Positions 11,715 to 24,928 are shown, counted from the stretch's first letter. The stretch is DNA of 64,000 bases from Hydrurus foetidus (GCA_900617105.1 UYFQ01000417.1:1-64000); one strand, 5' to 3'. Numbers and translations are program-made. Notes: generated from the letters alone by a model not told the origin.

Positions 11715-12185
11715 TCATGAAGTCATGGGACCCCGCCGCTTACTTCCCCCTGACCCTATGGTCGTCCTTGGTGATACTACAGATTTTGAACGACCCGTTA
11801 CCGACAGCTCTGACCCAAAGTCCTGTCTTGCTCCCATCTCCAGCAGCTCCTCATCGTAATCGGCTTCTGCGAACTCGATCAAGCTGTTAAGGAACTCGTT
11901 TTCTACGAGATACTCGCCGATGAGCTTCGCCTTGGCAGTGACCTTGCCCTTTGTAGTCACAGTCATGACTCGGCACTCTCCTACTTGGCCGTACCCCTGC
12001 CCCGCATTTACTGGAGGCAGGTTGGAACTCCCCATCAAGCTGGTAGAATCAGACGCGGTCTTGACTGCGAAAGTCCGATCGTCTATCCTTAAGGCTTCCC
12101 TTACTTTCCCCTTTCTACGTCTCTCCTCCGATCCGGGCGGCTAGCTCGAACCCAAACATGCACGCAGGGTACGTTTCTAAGCATG
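11715..12185 (-). pseudogene. Tyrosine recombinase fragment
   Basis: TYPACMFGFELAARIG...LRIDD...ECRVMTVTTKGKVTAKAKLIG...EFLNSLIEF aligns by eye to TYLGCMWAFEMGARVS...IRVDD...ECRATAVSTKGKKVVKPKIVG...GFLDDLLVF of ORF 30448-31248. Contains a stop codon and lacks HxxR. Confidence 0.8.
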
Positions 12186-13469
12186 AAGTCGAAGAATGGC
12201 GTGCCACGCACCAGCAGCCTCCTGGCTGTCGATGTGACGCTAGAGTAGCGGTCACATCTAGTCGGTCGCATAGGCACGCATCCTCCTCGACATCCGTGTT
12301 CTTCTCGTCTCGACTTGCGCTGACACCCCTGATACCTCTGCGCCTTTCATTACACCTTGCGCTCTCACATCGAGCAGGCTACTCTGTGGAGACGACCAGT
12401 TATCGCGCTTTATTTCTAAAAAATTGATGTTGGTGCGGGTAAGGTGGGTCTCCGCTCTCTTATATGATTATGGTAAGGGCTTGCACTCGTGTGCTTGCGC
12501 CCTTACCAGTGCTATAGCCGCGTAGTATTCTGACAGATACAGTATACCACGCGGCTATAGCACACACACATACAATGCACTGAGCTTTCTACCGTCAACA
12601 TGACGGCAGGACTATTACTTACTTAATAGTCAGGCCTTTTCTACGGCTACACACAGGTGCCGTAGACAGTACAAGGTGCTATAACACAGGTAAAATCAGA
12701 GGCTTGTCATATCAAGCTTGTCACAAGTGAATAGACTGCATCAATATATTATGGGGCTGTTTCTTACAAACATGTAACCAACCGTCGCAGCATGTACTGG
12801 GCCAACGCTTTTTCTGTAGCCACACGGCTACAGACAGTACACACCACACCACTCGGCTGTCTCATCACACATGTACAGATAGTCACACCCATAACTAACA
12901 CATTGGAAAACACTACGGGGCTGTTTCTTGCGCATGTGAAGACTGCCCCACCAAGACAGTCTGCTTTCCTTGGCTCACTTGCCTCAGATGGTGTATACTC
13001 AGCCAACGCTGCGCCTTCAAGGCACAGTGGCTACAGTATACACCAGACGCCACTGTCACACATGCGCAGACAGACACACCCATCAATGCTATGTTGTACG
13101 TATTCAAATGACAAATTCAATTGATCATTCTTTGCTCACGCAGGGTGTGGATCCAACATCAATTAATCGAGTTTCGCCAGAATCCACAAAGCATCAACGC
13201 AAACGCACACCACCAACGCTATGGTGCCGTAAGTTCATATCAGCTTATCACTACTATGATCGCCTACGATTTTCTTATAACAATACATCCTCACCTGGCC
13301 GGATTGTTTACCGCACCGCTCACTGTGATGCAGCCTTCTTGAGTGAAGACACTGCATGGGTAGCGATGGACATTATTGTGGACTCTTCGTTCGCTATCCC
13401 CACAAAGGGGACGGTCTCTCCTCAGACACTGTCTCCAGGCACCCAGTCTCGTCTCTACTCTGCAGTGGG

Positions 13470-13810
13470 CTACCTGCACCGCACTGCACTCGCACGCACC
13501 GCACCATACTGCATTCTCTCACATGCACCGCGCTGCACGCACATGCACCGCGCTGCACTCACATGCACCGCACTGCATCACATCGTACTCATATGCACAG
13601 TACTGCATCGTACTGCACTTACATGCACCGTACTACATCATACTGCTCTCACATGCACCGCACTGCACTCACATGCACCGCACTGCATCACACTGCACTC
13701 ACATGCACCGTACTGCAGAACACTGCTTTCACGCGCACCGAACTGCATCATACTGCACTAATATGCACAGCCTTGCATCATACTGCACTAGTATACACCG
13801 CGACAATGCA
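13470..13810. repeat. Degenerate minisatellite built from 10-bp CACTGCA/TACTGCA-type subunits
   Basis: Repeated cactgcactcacatgcaccg and tactgcatca units with 20-30 bp periodicity. Confidence 0.85.
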
Positions 13811-14719
13811 CTGTCAGCAGCACGTCCTGACAACCGCGACGCTTGGTCGGATTACACTGTGCAAAACCAGCAATCTGACACGCTGGCCTGCGGCACTACC
13901 GCCAGGAATGCAGCTCTGGTGCTCCTATTGTTCGATGCATTCTGGCGCGTACAGCACACCCACTTCTGGCGATGGAAGTTCTATGTGCCGTACAGTTACA
14001 GCACACCATAGTGGTTACTGCAGCGCTGCCTTCTTGTACCGAGCAGCTACCGTACAGTTGACTCGCTCTCGTGAGAAGAAATGACAGGAGAGGTCTTTCA
14101 CAATCCCCTTGCAGCCTTCTCCTGTAGACCACGGTACATTAGCTGGCCACTCCCTACATGGCGTGCACTGCCAGGATCGGTAGGCATCCCATGGCGTCAT
14201 TGATCAGCCGTCGCGCTAATGGCCCCCACTCAGAGGTTGCGATGATGTGAGACGCCTATCATTTATATTTTGCCTTAACATCGTTCTAGAAAGCTTACTG
14301 CCTCTATGCACGCCTGGTGCTGTCATTTTTCATCTTCTAGCCTGTCGTGAGATCTGAAGTCGGGAGTAAGGAGGAAGAAATTACTTCGGCTTTGGCTTTG
14401 ACTGTGGCAGATGGCAGGTGGTAGGTTGTATGGAGCAACTGTATTCTGTATCAGAATACAGAATACAGTTGATAATTGAGTACGAAAAGTCAGTAACTTT
14501 TTTTTTGTAAAAGTGGGCTATTTTTGTATTTTGTATTTACCCCCATCTCAGCGAAGCATCCGCGCGGGGGCGGTGCGCGCACTTTTGTCAAATATCTGAT
14601 ATCCCGCAGTATTTCCTATTTCGTAGGAAAGTTTCATCACACCGCTAAGTCACCGTTTGACACAACAAATCTATCACTTGACACCGCAACAAATCATCGA
14701 AGTACTCGTGAACGTCATC

Positions 14720-15352
14720 ATGAGCCGTACTCTCCTTCTCCTCATTTTTACGTCACTTCTCATCTGCACGAAACAATATTCCATAAATGTCGAGCCAGGA
14801 GAATCAAGCTGCTATTCTGTAACGGCAGCTAAAGATGACTCCTGTACTGGAAGCTTCGAGGTACTCTCAGCAGACCCATCCCCTATTACTGTGACTGTGT
14901 ACGGTCCGAAACCTACGAAGAGAAATTATTTTGAATCGAAACAGATGAAAGGGGTTGATGTGAAGAGTGATAAAGAATTATCGGAGGGCGCTTTCTCTTT
15001 TGAAGCAGATGATGAGGGCGACTATGAAATGTGTGTCTCTAACGGTGGCGAAGAGAACGACGGAATCACAAGAATTGTTGCATTTAACTTCCGAGTTTCC
15101 GATGTGGATGAAAGTGACTACGAATATGCCGGATTGAATACAGAGTTGACTGAAATGAGGCAGGGTCTGGATTTACTTAGAGATCACCAGTCCTACATGG
15201 GTCAGAGGGAAGATTTGCACAAAGAAACTTTAGAGAGTATTAACACCAAGGTATTATGCTGGACCGTCCTAGAGGCTGTTATTCTTATAGGAATGAGCTT
15301 CTGGCAGATTTCTTACATAAGCAGCTTCTTTGAGACAAAGCGAAAACTGTGA
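14720..15352 (+). CDS. p24/emp24/gp25L (TMED) GOLD-domain cargo receptor
   Basis: Signal peptide MSRTLLLLIFTSLLIC, GOLD domain (VEPGESSCY...GDYEMCVSN), coiled coil, TM segment and tail FFETKRKL. Intronless. Confidence 0.92.
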   Translation: MSRTLLLLIFTSLLICTKQYSINVEPGESSCYSVTAAKDDSCTGSFEVLSADPSPITVTVYGPKPTKRNYFESKQMKGVDVKSDKELSEGAFSFEADDEGDYEMCVSNGGEENDGITRIVAFNFRVSDVDESDYEYAGLNTELTEMRQGLDLLRDHQSYMGQREDLHKETLESINTKVLCWTVLEAVILIGMSFWQISYISSFFETKRKL

Positions 15353-15618
15353 TAACTTTGCAGAGTATGGCTGTGAGAAACGTTTTGGCGAACGGTGCGC
15401 TGTGCGACGACTTTGTCTACTTTGCTTACATTGTTGCATCAGAGCTTTACTTAGTTTCTGGTTTGAATTAATTTTGAACATGTTGTCTATCACGATGCCA
15501 GTCGTATGGGGATCCCAATTTAATGGGAGGAAGATAAACAAGCTCTTCATAGTAATCCAATCATTAAAATATTTTGCTTCGAGATAAAGTCTTGTTGATA
15601 CAGATGACTAGTAGTTCT

Positions 15619-16741
15619 TCAGTTGTACTCGTCGCAATTTATGATATTTTCGATGAGCGACTTATCTGTAGAGACCGAATACAGGACATCCGATGGTTGC
15701 ACATTTTTATCCCCAGCGATTTGGCGCTTACCAATCCTTGATATCCATGCAACATCTGTGACGTAATCTGAGTGCTGTCGAAATCTGTCATGTAGTGAGG
15801 AGTCTTGTGAGAAAGCGCCATGATAATAACGTTGAAGTGAATGAACAGATGTCAGGCTCCCATCGATATGCAATTTTAGTGATATTGCCATATAGTCACC
15901 TCATTTTTTCTTCAATTTTGCCACACCTATCTCTGCAAATAGCATAAGTTGTGTCGTCTGATACGCTGACGAATAATCCTGAATGGTCTGAAGGCGATGA
16001 AAGAATCCGCCTGACTCTTGCTTTGTGAACGCGAGCTACACTGAATATTGCAGAAGATGTGCAGCCAACTCTCAGATCAAGCGCTGAAACATCTCCAGCA
16101 TCGGTCCCGACAAGTAATGTTCGATCGTCTCCGGACCCGTAGGAAACGCACGAAGATATTTGATTCATATCCAGAATCCCAGAGCAACCAGATGATGGAT
16201 TTTCCCGACTATCCCAGAGTCGCACATACCCATCCCAACCGACAGAGACTATAACATTCTGATCATCAGGTGAATATGCGATGCCATTTACATGCCCTTG
16301 ATGTGCTCTTATGTAAGATGAAACAGGTTTCCCTTTGCTCTGCCAGTCCCAGAGATGGACGCTTCCATCCCAACCGCATGATGCAAAATGACCTTCATTG
16401 TGAGGGCTACTCGCAACACCTGAAACAACATCATCATGAGAGCCGAACAGATGCACTTCATCTAACTTCTCAGTAGAATACAGCACAATATTTCCATCAT
16501 CTCTGGCTACTATGATGTGATGGAGACCAGAGAAGCGGACCATCGAAATACCGGAAGGACAATACTTTGATGCTACTGCTACTCCATCCGTCGTGAGAAG
16601 ACTGAGACTGCCATCCCATGTGTTCCCCTCCAACGACGATGTGCCTATGATCAGCAATGACTCTAATTTGTGAGCATCAATTGAATCTATGTAATATTTC
16701 GAAAGATGCAACTTTCTTGCAGCTGATTCATCATCGTTCAT
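15619..16741 (-). CDS. WDR77: WD40-repeat protein, MEP50/WDR77-like (two exons)
   Basis: WD repeats (HDDVVSG..SCGWDGSVHLWD; HQGHVNG..SVGWDGYVRLWD). N-terminal IGTSSLEGNTWDGSLSL resembles MEP50. An intron from about 15897 to about 15780 joins the last repeat HSDYVTDVAW. Orthology is inferred. Confidence 0.7.
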
Positions 16742-17799
16742 TGCAGTCAATGTAGTTACAGCGCGCTAAAAAGTTCTACTACTCGCCTTGAGATCATGTC
16801 GCAAAAGACGTTGTAGCTTGAGCTCATGCTCCAGCAAATCACTGAAGAGGGTTTGGCTTTAGTTGGATGAACGTACCGTCGGGTGCCCTTTGTTTTCAAA
16901 ATCCGGGAGACATAAGCCCAACACCGGTCCAAGTTCTTGCCTTTAAGTCACCATGATTAATGATTAGAATGGTGGATACTGAAAAAGAAATAACTTGATA
17001 TCCACGAGTTGCCTACATCTGAGAAAACTTCTTGTTGCAATCGATGCAGCATAACTTTATTTAGCGACACGAGAAGTGTCATATTGTCAAACTCCAAGCC
17101 GATCAGGAATTGTCACCATTCACGAAGGTGACCTCATATACTTTCCACCACTCCGAATGGCGTCAAGTGAAAAGTTGATTGTGCAGTTGTACTATGACTG
17201 CAACTGAGATGTAAATGATGAAGTACTGAATATTGGCCGTAAAATTTGCTTATGTCCCGAGATCGCACTCACAGCCGATAGAACAAAGGGCACTCGACGG
17301 TAATACAACTAACCCTTGTACTTACCACTCCATGCTTTCATGACTAGTTCGAATTTCGAGTTGTGTTTTTCTCAATTCCTATACCGTCTACTGCCTTATG
17401 TTTTATATTACTTGTTACCGTAGTTTCGGGAATGCTGCTCGCCGTTGGTTGATGTGCTACAAATTGGTAATTCTGTGTAGGATAGTAATGATGTGATGAT
17501 ACAATGCCATGTTATCAGTGGTCTGTGCCGCGAAGGATAAAATGGCCATAAAGCCGCGAAGGCATACAAATCAAATGGCAGCAGACGGTAGCCTAGTTAA
17601 GAGTGACGTTGAGCCGAAATCATGTAATCATTAAATGCCCGTGATTCGACCGTCACCCCCGTTTAATGACGTTTCCATCTCGAAATCATGTGGAAGAATA
17701 TGTCGCCACGTCGTATGTGACCCTCGAGAGAGATGGCTGAATTTACAGATGCGAAATCATCCAAAATAGAAAGGCAATATTCCATATTGAGACATGGCA

Positions 17800-20700
17800 C
17801 TAGTTACTTTTTTTCACTTTCTCGCATATGCCTACAGCGCATGTTTTCCCCTTTGATCGGAGGGCAAACCGACCCAGCGCATCGCATATCTTGAACGGCT
17901 CAATGCAGATGCTTTGCGTGACTTCTATCTTAACTTTAGAGCAGCGCCCACCGGGGATGCACTTGGGGTTTTCTATTCTGTTCTCTTCACCAATATCGCT
18001 AGTGGTCGTACCGCCCAGAGCACGTACGTTTCTGAGGGACTTTGGACCGTTACCCTTTCCACGAAGACCACTACTACTACTACTGCTACTGCTACTACTA
18101 CTGCTTGTGAGAGCCATACTGTACAACTTCGTCACACAGCACTGCACAACTTCTCCGTGTAAGTACAATTCATACGTGCTCCCTGGTATGATGGGAGGGA
18201 GGAGGTTCGCCATGGTCAGTAGAGTGGCCTTGAACTTGAATGTTCTGCACGGCAGAGGGGGACCTTTGCATAGCACCATGCCCTCTCGAAGAGACATCTC
18301 TTCTCCGCTCCTATTCGATCTAACGCGAAAAACATCATGATTCAAGTTTATCTTATAAGAGAGATATTTAGGTTCGATGAGATACGAATGAAAATCGGAA
18401 GTCATGTGTTTTGAAAGAGTCATGCGACCCTGGCAGTTTATCACCAACACAAACCAACATACTGAGAAGACAAACAGACAACACACCAATTGAGTCACCA
18501 CAAGAAATTGCCTGCATACAGCACCATACACAAATATGCCGCACTTCACCGACCTGTCTAGCAGAGTCACCGTGCCCTTCTGCCCCGCACTCAAAGAAGA
18601 CACAGATTCCATGGACAGGTCCAAGATTTTCTTCACAGTGGCAGAACCGGCAGCTGATGCGAGACCCACTCCCCTACCCGCCCTCATACTGCCTTGCAAT
18701 ATAGAGACACCGACCTCACAACCTGAGGAAAGATGAAAGAAGTCTCGATATTGAGGATTATGCGTGTAAGGTGGAATAAGAATACGATCAGACAATCATG
18801 ACAGCTGTACAATAAATAAATGATTGTCAAGGAGTCCACGCATGCACAACATTATACAACTTAAGCATTTACATGACACGATACACCACCTGACATCACT
18901 TCACGCCTACCTGACTACACCACATCTGACAAGAAGAAGTGAATCTCAATGCACTAGAAGAATCAAAGAAACGAAGAAACTCAAAATACCTTTAGCGTTC
19001 TCGGATATCACAGATGTAATCACAGCCCTCAAGGGAGCATCTATTCTTCGTGTGGGATTCTTGAATGTGTCCAACGCCTCCAGAAGGGTGCATCCGTTGT
19101 ACCACTGACGCACCGGACAACTTTCACTGAGTGCCGCATTGCATGGTATTGCATTGCATTGGATAAAGAGACAGAAATTAATTCACAGAGCACTATTGAA
19201 TATGCAGAGATCAGCTCATACCCATGTTTATTCATAGAAAGTAGAAAGTAGCGTACCTCAATGAGACCAAGTTCTCTCCTGTCAGGCCACTAAGCGGAAC
19301 AAACCGTATGGCTTTGGGACGGAACTGCAACTCTTCTAGAAGGCAGCGCAATTCGCACTCTATTTGACTGTATCTGCTGTGGTCCCAGGGAGGAGTTACG
19401 GTGTCCATTTTGTTGACAACCACTATTATCTGTGTGACACCCAGGGCTTTCAGAAGCACTGCATGCTCTCTAGTCTGGGCTCCGTCTGACATGCTGATTG
19501 AGTAGATTGACAGAAATGACAATTGAAGACTTAGACAAGTAATACTTTCAAATAGAAGCTGTAAACACGTCTCATCTAAAATCATGACGCAATTTGTATA
19601 TGAGAGAAGTATCAGATTTGTGTGAAGTTGACTGATGCTCATATTCGTCACCTGGACTCGTATTCTCCTTTTGATGCTGGAACCACCAGCAGAGCTGTGT
19701 CGGCCTGCGCTGCACCTACACGAATACGTATGCGCATAAGTACAGAAATTAAGATGACATGAGTCTAATTTGCTGGTGCAGATGACATGATGTAGATTAA
19801 CACTTGAAGAGCGACTCCTGAACGTACGTTCAGTACAGTACAGTTCGATGCAGTACGTACCAGATATCATGTTAGGAATGAAGTCCCTGTGACCAGGCGC
19901 GTCAAGAATTGTAAAGGATTTACTTTTTGTTTGTAGCGACTTCTCTGCAATGTCGATTGTCACTCCATGTTCCCTTTCTGATTCGCTTTCATCCATGACC
20001 CAGGCCAAAGCGAAAGACCCCTTGCCGACTAGCTTTGATTCCTTTTCGTATTTATGCATGGTCCGTTGAGCTACGTTACCGACCTTCATTAGCAAGTTTC
20101 CTATCAAAATGTATGAGGAGGTTGCGGTCAGGACCGATAGTTCACCAGTTTCAGCAGTGGAGAGTAGGATCATAGCTACCTACTAAAGTGCTTTTTCCGG
20201 CATCAACATGGCCCGCAACAACCATCGTAATATGAGGCATAAGTTGGGCTGCCGGTTTCTTACTGCTACGAGTTGAATCGTATTCGTCATCTGAGAGAGG
20301 CGCTGAAGATGTGATAAGATTGACCCCAGGGGTTGTTGAACTCGATGAGACTGTCTTCGAATTCTGAGACAAGGCACTTGATTTATCTTTGATAGACAAT
20401 CCGGCCAGGAGATCTTCAGCATCTGACACAGTCTTCTTTTGCACACCGACAGCAGCAGATGTTTTCAATGCAGTAGTTTGCGATTTCTTTTTTGAGTTCA
20501 GATTTTCTTCGACACTAGGAGCCGCAGAAACTCTGGAGGGTGTCTTCTGCGTAACCTTCTTATCGGCAGTTTCTTTTGTACCAGTACGCTGCTGCACGAA
20601 GTAATTTACCGTTGCTTCAATATCAAAACTAAATGCCTCTAACATTTGTAGCACTCTGGCCTCGGATAAAACCCCGACCATTCGGGATCCAGCAGCATTT

Positions 20701-20894
20701 ACTTCGACAGTACCTAGGGCCTCCATTACGAATTGAACATAATCTGAGGGTGGCTCTATAGGTATGACTTGAGAAGGTGCGAGCACTGATGTTTGGAATG
20801 AGTTATCGCGATAACTCCTGTCATCATGCTGGTCCTCATAGTCGTCGTAATCATCGTAGTCGTACAAGTCATCCTCATCATAATATTTAGGCAT
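17800..20894 (-). CDS. HBS1: HBS1-like translational GTPase, multi-exon
   Basis: N-terminal YYDEDDLYDYDDY; GHVDAGKSTLVG P-loop; GKGSFALAWVMDESESEREHGVTID; ILDAPGHRDFIPNMISG; VNKMD; C-terminal ALGRFALRSKGKTCAVG. Several GT-AG introns. Confidence 0.9.
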
Positions 20895-21130
20895 TGAAGT
20901 GTCGAAGGTTGTAAGTTGTTGTCAGCGGATGTAACGCACGCGCTTTAGAGTCAGAAATGATGAGAAGAGTGAGTGTCTCCTTGGGAGTTGAGTTGTATGA
21001 AACAATTGGCGCAACAGTGGAGAAGTGAGAAGTTTTCGAAATTCGAAGTCAAGTCGAAGCGACGGCCAGCGGGGTATGCGGGTTCCACTTTGTTCGTACG
21101 TGTGCTGCAACTGCCCGTACATGATGTCTT

Positions 21131-21262
21131 CCCTAGACCCTATCTAGACCCTACGAGACCCTAGACCCTACGAGACCCTAGACCCTAGACCCTAGGCCCT
21201 AGAGACTAAACCCTAGACCCTAGAGACTAGACCCTAGACCCTAGAGACTAGAGTGCCTAGAG
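21131..21262. repeat. Degenerate (CCCTAGA)n tandem repeat
   Basis: ccctagaccctagaccctagg... with ccctacgaga and gactaga variants. Confidence 0.85.
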
Positions 21263-22060
21263 CCTACAGAGAGGTGATATGGACCAGCCTGTAGAAATGC
21301 AAAGGGGGTATGCTAGAGGGAATATTGAATATCTTATTTTGGTGGTTAGGTTGGACGCTAAGAGCTATGTCTATCAACATACTCATGAAACAACCTAAAA
21401 GCAGCTGTTTAGTCGCTACTTCGACAACATTTTGCGAATACATCATGGCATTTATCGTGTCTCTTACCCATGAAGAAATCGTGCGCCATGCAATGTAAAT
21501 GCATGGTACATGATACCACCTTCGGAGCAGAAATGTGAGCATCTTGCTTGATCTTGTATTTATGGGACTAAAGTTAGGGATACGATCTCCAGCAATGTGA
21601 TCCCCAGCAACTCGTCACTGGAGCGAATGCACTGCATCGCTTGTTGTGAACTTATCCCAGGGCGATAGCCGTGTATAATAAACTATTGGTGACACCATTA
21701 TTGATGCGATGCAATAGACAGCGACGAAACAACAGAAAAATACAGAAAACAAATACAAAGTACAAAATACAATTCTATCCAGACTCACCCGCCGTGCCCT
21801 ATGGGGATGAGTTGTGAAATATCACGCGCCAACGCATGAACCAAAAACCAAACGTGTCACAAGAAGTCTCCTCACGAGAGTATGTTCTTCTTTACTGCAA
21901 TACGAGACCCTTCATCAGGAAATTCTGGAACTTACTTAGAAAGTTGCGATAGCACAGGAGGGTCGAATTCATTCTAGTGTGTGAGCAAGGCAGAAAACAG
22001 TAGCAGTTGTGATTTTCGCAAAAACCTAACATTAATCAAGAAACTTCATCTCGAACGAAA

Positions 22061-23476
22061 ATGAAGCTCTCTGTCACGATCTTCGCAATAGCTGTATACA
22101 CATGTGGTGCATTCCAACAATGCAGAGTATCAAATGGGAGACAGTCGAAGGGTCTTATGACGATGAAGTGGACATTTGGGAAAGGTTCAGGAAGTTTGCA
22201 GGACGTTGGAGCGATAGGTTCCGAAGGGGAATACTACTTTCATCCAAACAAGGCAGCTAAACTGAAAGGGCCACCACAAGCGCTTTCGCAGAAATCTAGA
22301 ATTATTCCCATTTTCCCGTACACAAATGTCCTGGTACCTCTGGGCTCAGACTGGCTGAACATACTCGAGATGAGGCATAGGCAGCTCCTCGGTGATGTTG
22401 GAGATGGACTGTTCGGTTTCTGTTACTATTCTCAGACACAGCAGAAACTAGGCCTCGTAGGAACTTTGGCGCGCATCAAAGGTAACCTATGAGTCTGAAT
22501 TTGTTGGACAGGTTCGGGTTCAACATTATTCTGACGGCCAAATATTCCTGTTATTGAAGGACGTAAACTGCTCGACGATGGGAGAAGCGTTGTTGTCATT
22601 GAGGGTGTCGAAAGATTTTATCTCGAGGAGATCATATCCGAAAAACCGTATATTAAAGCGAGGGTGCAGCCTTTCCAGGACTACTCTGAGAATTCAGATG
22701 TTCTCGACCAACTCGAACAAGCAGTTTTCGACGAAGTGCGAACGAATGTGCAGGTAAATAATATCAGAAATAAGGAGAAGAGATAAGAGGTATTTGGAGC
22801 TTATATTTCGAATTACATTATCGATAATTTACTGTGCCTATTACTGGACATGCAGTTGATGAAGCTGCTGTACCCAGAGAAGAACTACACCATCAGCGCA
22901 AACATCCTAGAGTACAGACCACCAACAAGAATGGACAAAGTCAGACTGGTCCGCATGACAGATGAAGCTGCTGAATTAGACAGAAAATCGAAGTTCTCCT
23001 TCGCCATCATGGATATGCTTCAAATCACACCAGCCACAAAGCTGATGTTTCTCCAGGTAAGTCATCTAAAGAGACTCGTTGCTTTTCGTCCAGATACTGC
23101 AAACTATGACTACTAGAGAGAGTTCTACCGTCCTGACAGATTTCTGAATAATGTGTAGGAACATGTGATTGAGAAGAGGTACGCGACTTTTCTGAAGGTT
23201 CTCGAGAGAGGAGGATCATTCCTAAGAGGACAGCTGAAGACAAGGGACTCCGTCACTGACGAAGGCATGATGAAGCTAAAAATGGACATACTATCCGACA
23301 CTTCAGACTTAGAGGCAGCACCAGTCCCCGCAACAAAAAGGTATCGCAGTCACGTCTGAAACTCGACCCTTCTGTCATTATGAACGCTCACTAATGTTTC
23401 AATTTTTTTATTTTGAAGCAGGCAACCGGATAACTATGTGGATGGCAGATGGGTGCAGAAACCAACTTTAATGTAA
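22061..23476 (+). CDS. LON peptidase substrate-binding domain protein, probably plastid-targeted (5 exons)
   Basis: Exons approximately 22061-22481, 22560-22753, 22856-23056, 23159-23340 and 23422-23476, with GT-AG boundaries. Motifs IPIFPYTNVLVP..LNILEMRHRQLL..VGTLARI..LDDGRSVVVIEGVERF..KPYIKARV. Signal peptide followed by A|F. Confidence 0.8.
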
Positions 23477-23728
23477 AAGTACTTTAATGCTTTAGGAAGG
23501 GGACGACATATGCAAAGCAGTATTTACATTTGTACATATTATTCATCTATAATGTTCGAGATGTATGCAAAGTCACAGATTTTGCCATAGTAGACATTCC
23601 TTGTACACTGGCCTTGACATAAAAGTGCCCACACTTCATTCTCTTCTATATTTCCTTCTACAAATTGCTCAAACTTTATTGCCAATCGACGAATAATTTA
23701 AGGTATAAAGGACACTTTTTAACTCGAA

Positions 23729-24928
23729 TCAGAACCCTTTTCTCGCAGTCGAGAACTTTCCTTTATTAAATCTGGACTTTCCTTTCCTACTGTTGGAGGG
23801 AACATTATGGTCACTCTTCTCAGCATCGGTGGACCCTGTTGTTTTCGCCTCATAAATCTTCCCTTCAACTAGAGATATTTTGATGTGACTCATCTCAGGC
23901 TGCACAGATTTCAGCAAAAAGGAGTAAAAATCCTCCTTCACGAGGGGCATGGTCAATATCGTAAACTTCTTCTCATCTTCCGCAATGTCAATCAGCAAAA
24001 CCTACAGAGGAGAAAGTCTAGTCAAAAAGCTGGACGAGGATGTATGTACACGGCTTCAATAACGATAAACATAACTTCATTAATTACCTTAACTCGACTC
24101 AGTGACAACGCGCCCAGTTCAATGAGCTTCGAAAGTCTGTTCGGGGTGCCAACAGCTACAGGGAAATATTGCTTTGATAGGAGGTCAATCTGATCTTGCA
24201 CTTTGAAGTGCTTTGCAAAGAGCTTCGCTATTTTGCATTTGAGGCCTGCATCATTATATTCAAAAATAATCATGCTGTGTAACATGAAAAATGCAATCAT
24301 TCAAGTAAACAGAGACGAATGCGTTTGACCCACCGTTGGACATGGAGTTGATGATGTCCGTTGAGCGATGGGCGCTGGCGCATACAACAAGAACTATCGG
24401 TGATCCATTCTCATCACTGCTTTTTGTTTCGGCATTAAGCGCCTTTCGAAAGGCTGGAATGCTAGCAGCGATTGAGTTCACGAACACGCAGCTGCTTTTG
24501 GCTGGAGCGTGCAGACTTTTTGAGGGATCAAAATAGCACGATTCAGGTATCGATAGTGTAACATCCCCTTTTGATGCATTGATATTTGCTATTGGTTCGC
24601 TAGCCATTATCATTTGGGCCATAGACTCGGCAGAGCGAGCTGAAACTTCACTACTTTCACTCTCCATGTTTTCCTCGTGCTTGGTTTTTTTCACTTTCTT
24701 CAATTTTTCGAATTTCTCTTTCCTTTTCAGTGATTTGTTTTCCGCACTAACTTTTGCATTGCTAGTCTCTGTCTTATCTGCTGCATCGTCATCATCACCT
24801 GAGTTATTATCTCCGTCGTCGTCGTTGTTATCGCTGTCATCCACAAGGTCGGGATTATCGTAGACTGCCGTTCCATCAATATCCTCATCAGCCCAGAGCA
24901 GGCCACTCTCGATGTTGTCGTCTCCCAT
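23729..24928 (-). CDS. CMSS1: CMS1/CMSS1 (U3-containing 90S pre-ribosome subunit), multi-exon
   Basis: GSPIVLVVCASAHRS, KIAKLFAKHFKVQDQ, AVGTPNRLSKLIELGALSL; acidic and lysine-rich N-terminus; introns near 24335-24250 and 24085-24003. Confidence 0.85.

Larger units (their letters stand above)
6298..12185 (-). mobile_element. Decayed 3' part of a Ngaro-type YR retrotransposon (YR fragment-B1-A2-spacer-B2), interrupted by Kolobok and Copia
   Basis: 254-bp direct repeats: B1 at 11386-11639, B2 split as 6298-6382 + 10891-11059. On the minus strand both start GTGAAGGG and end GGAATAGAA, like the B repeats at 31303 and 31972. A2 starts TTAGAGGATACC versus TTAAAGGATACC in the intact element. Confidence 0.85.

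Noticed and set aside
12970..14084. Overlapping His/Cys/Thr-rich ORFs of 211-263 aa
   Set aside because: All three frames are open because of the CACTGCA minisatellite; no domain is recognisable.
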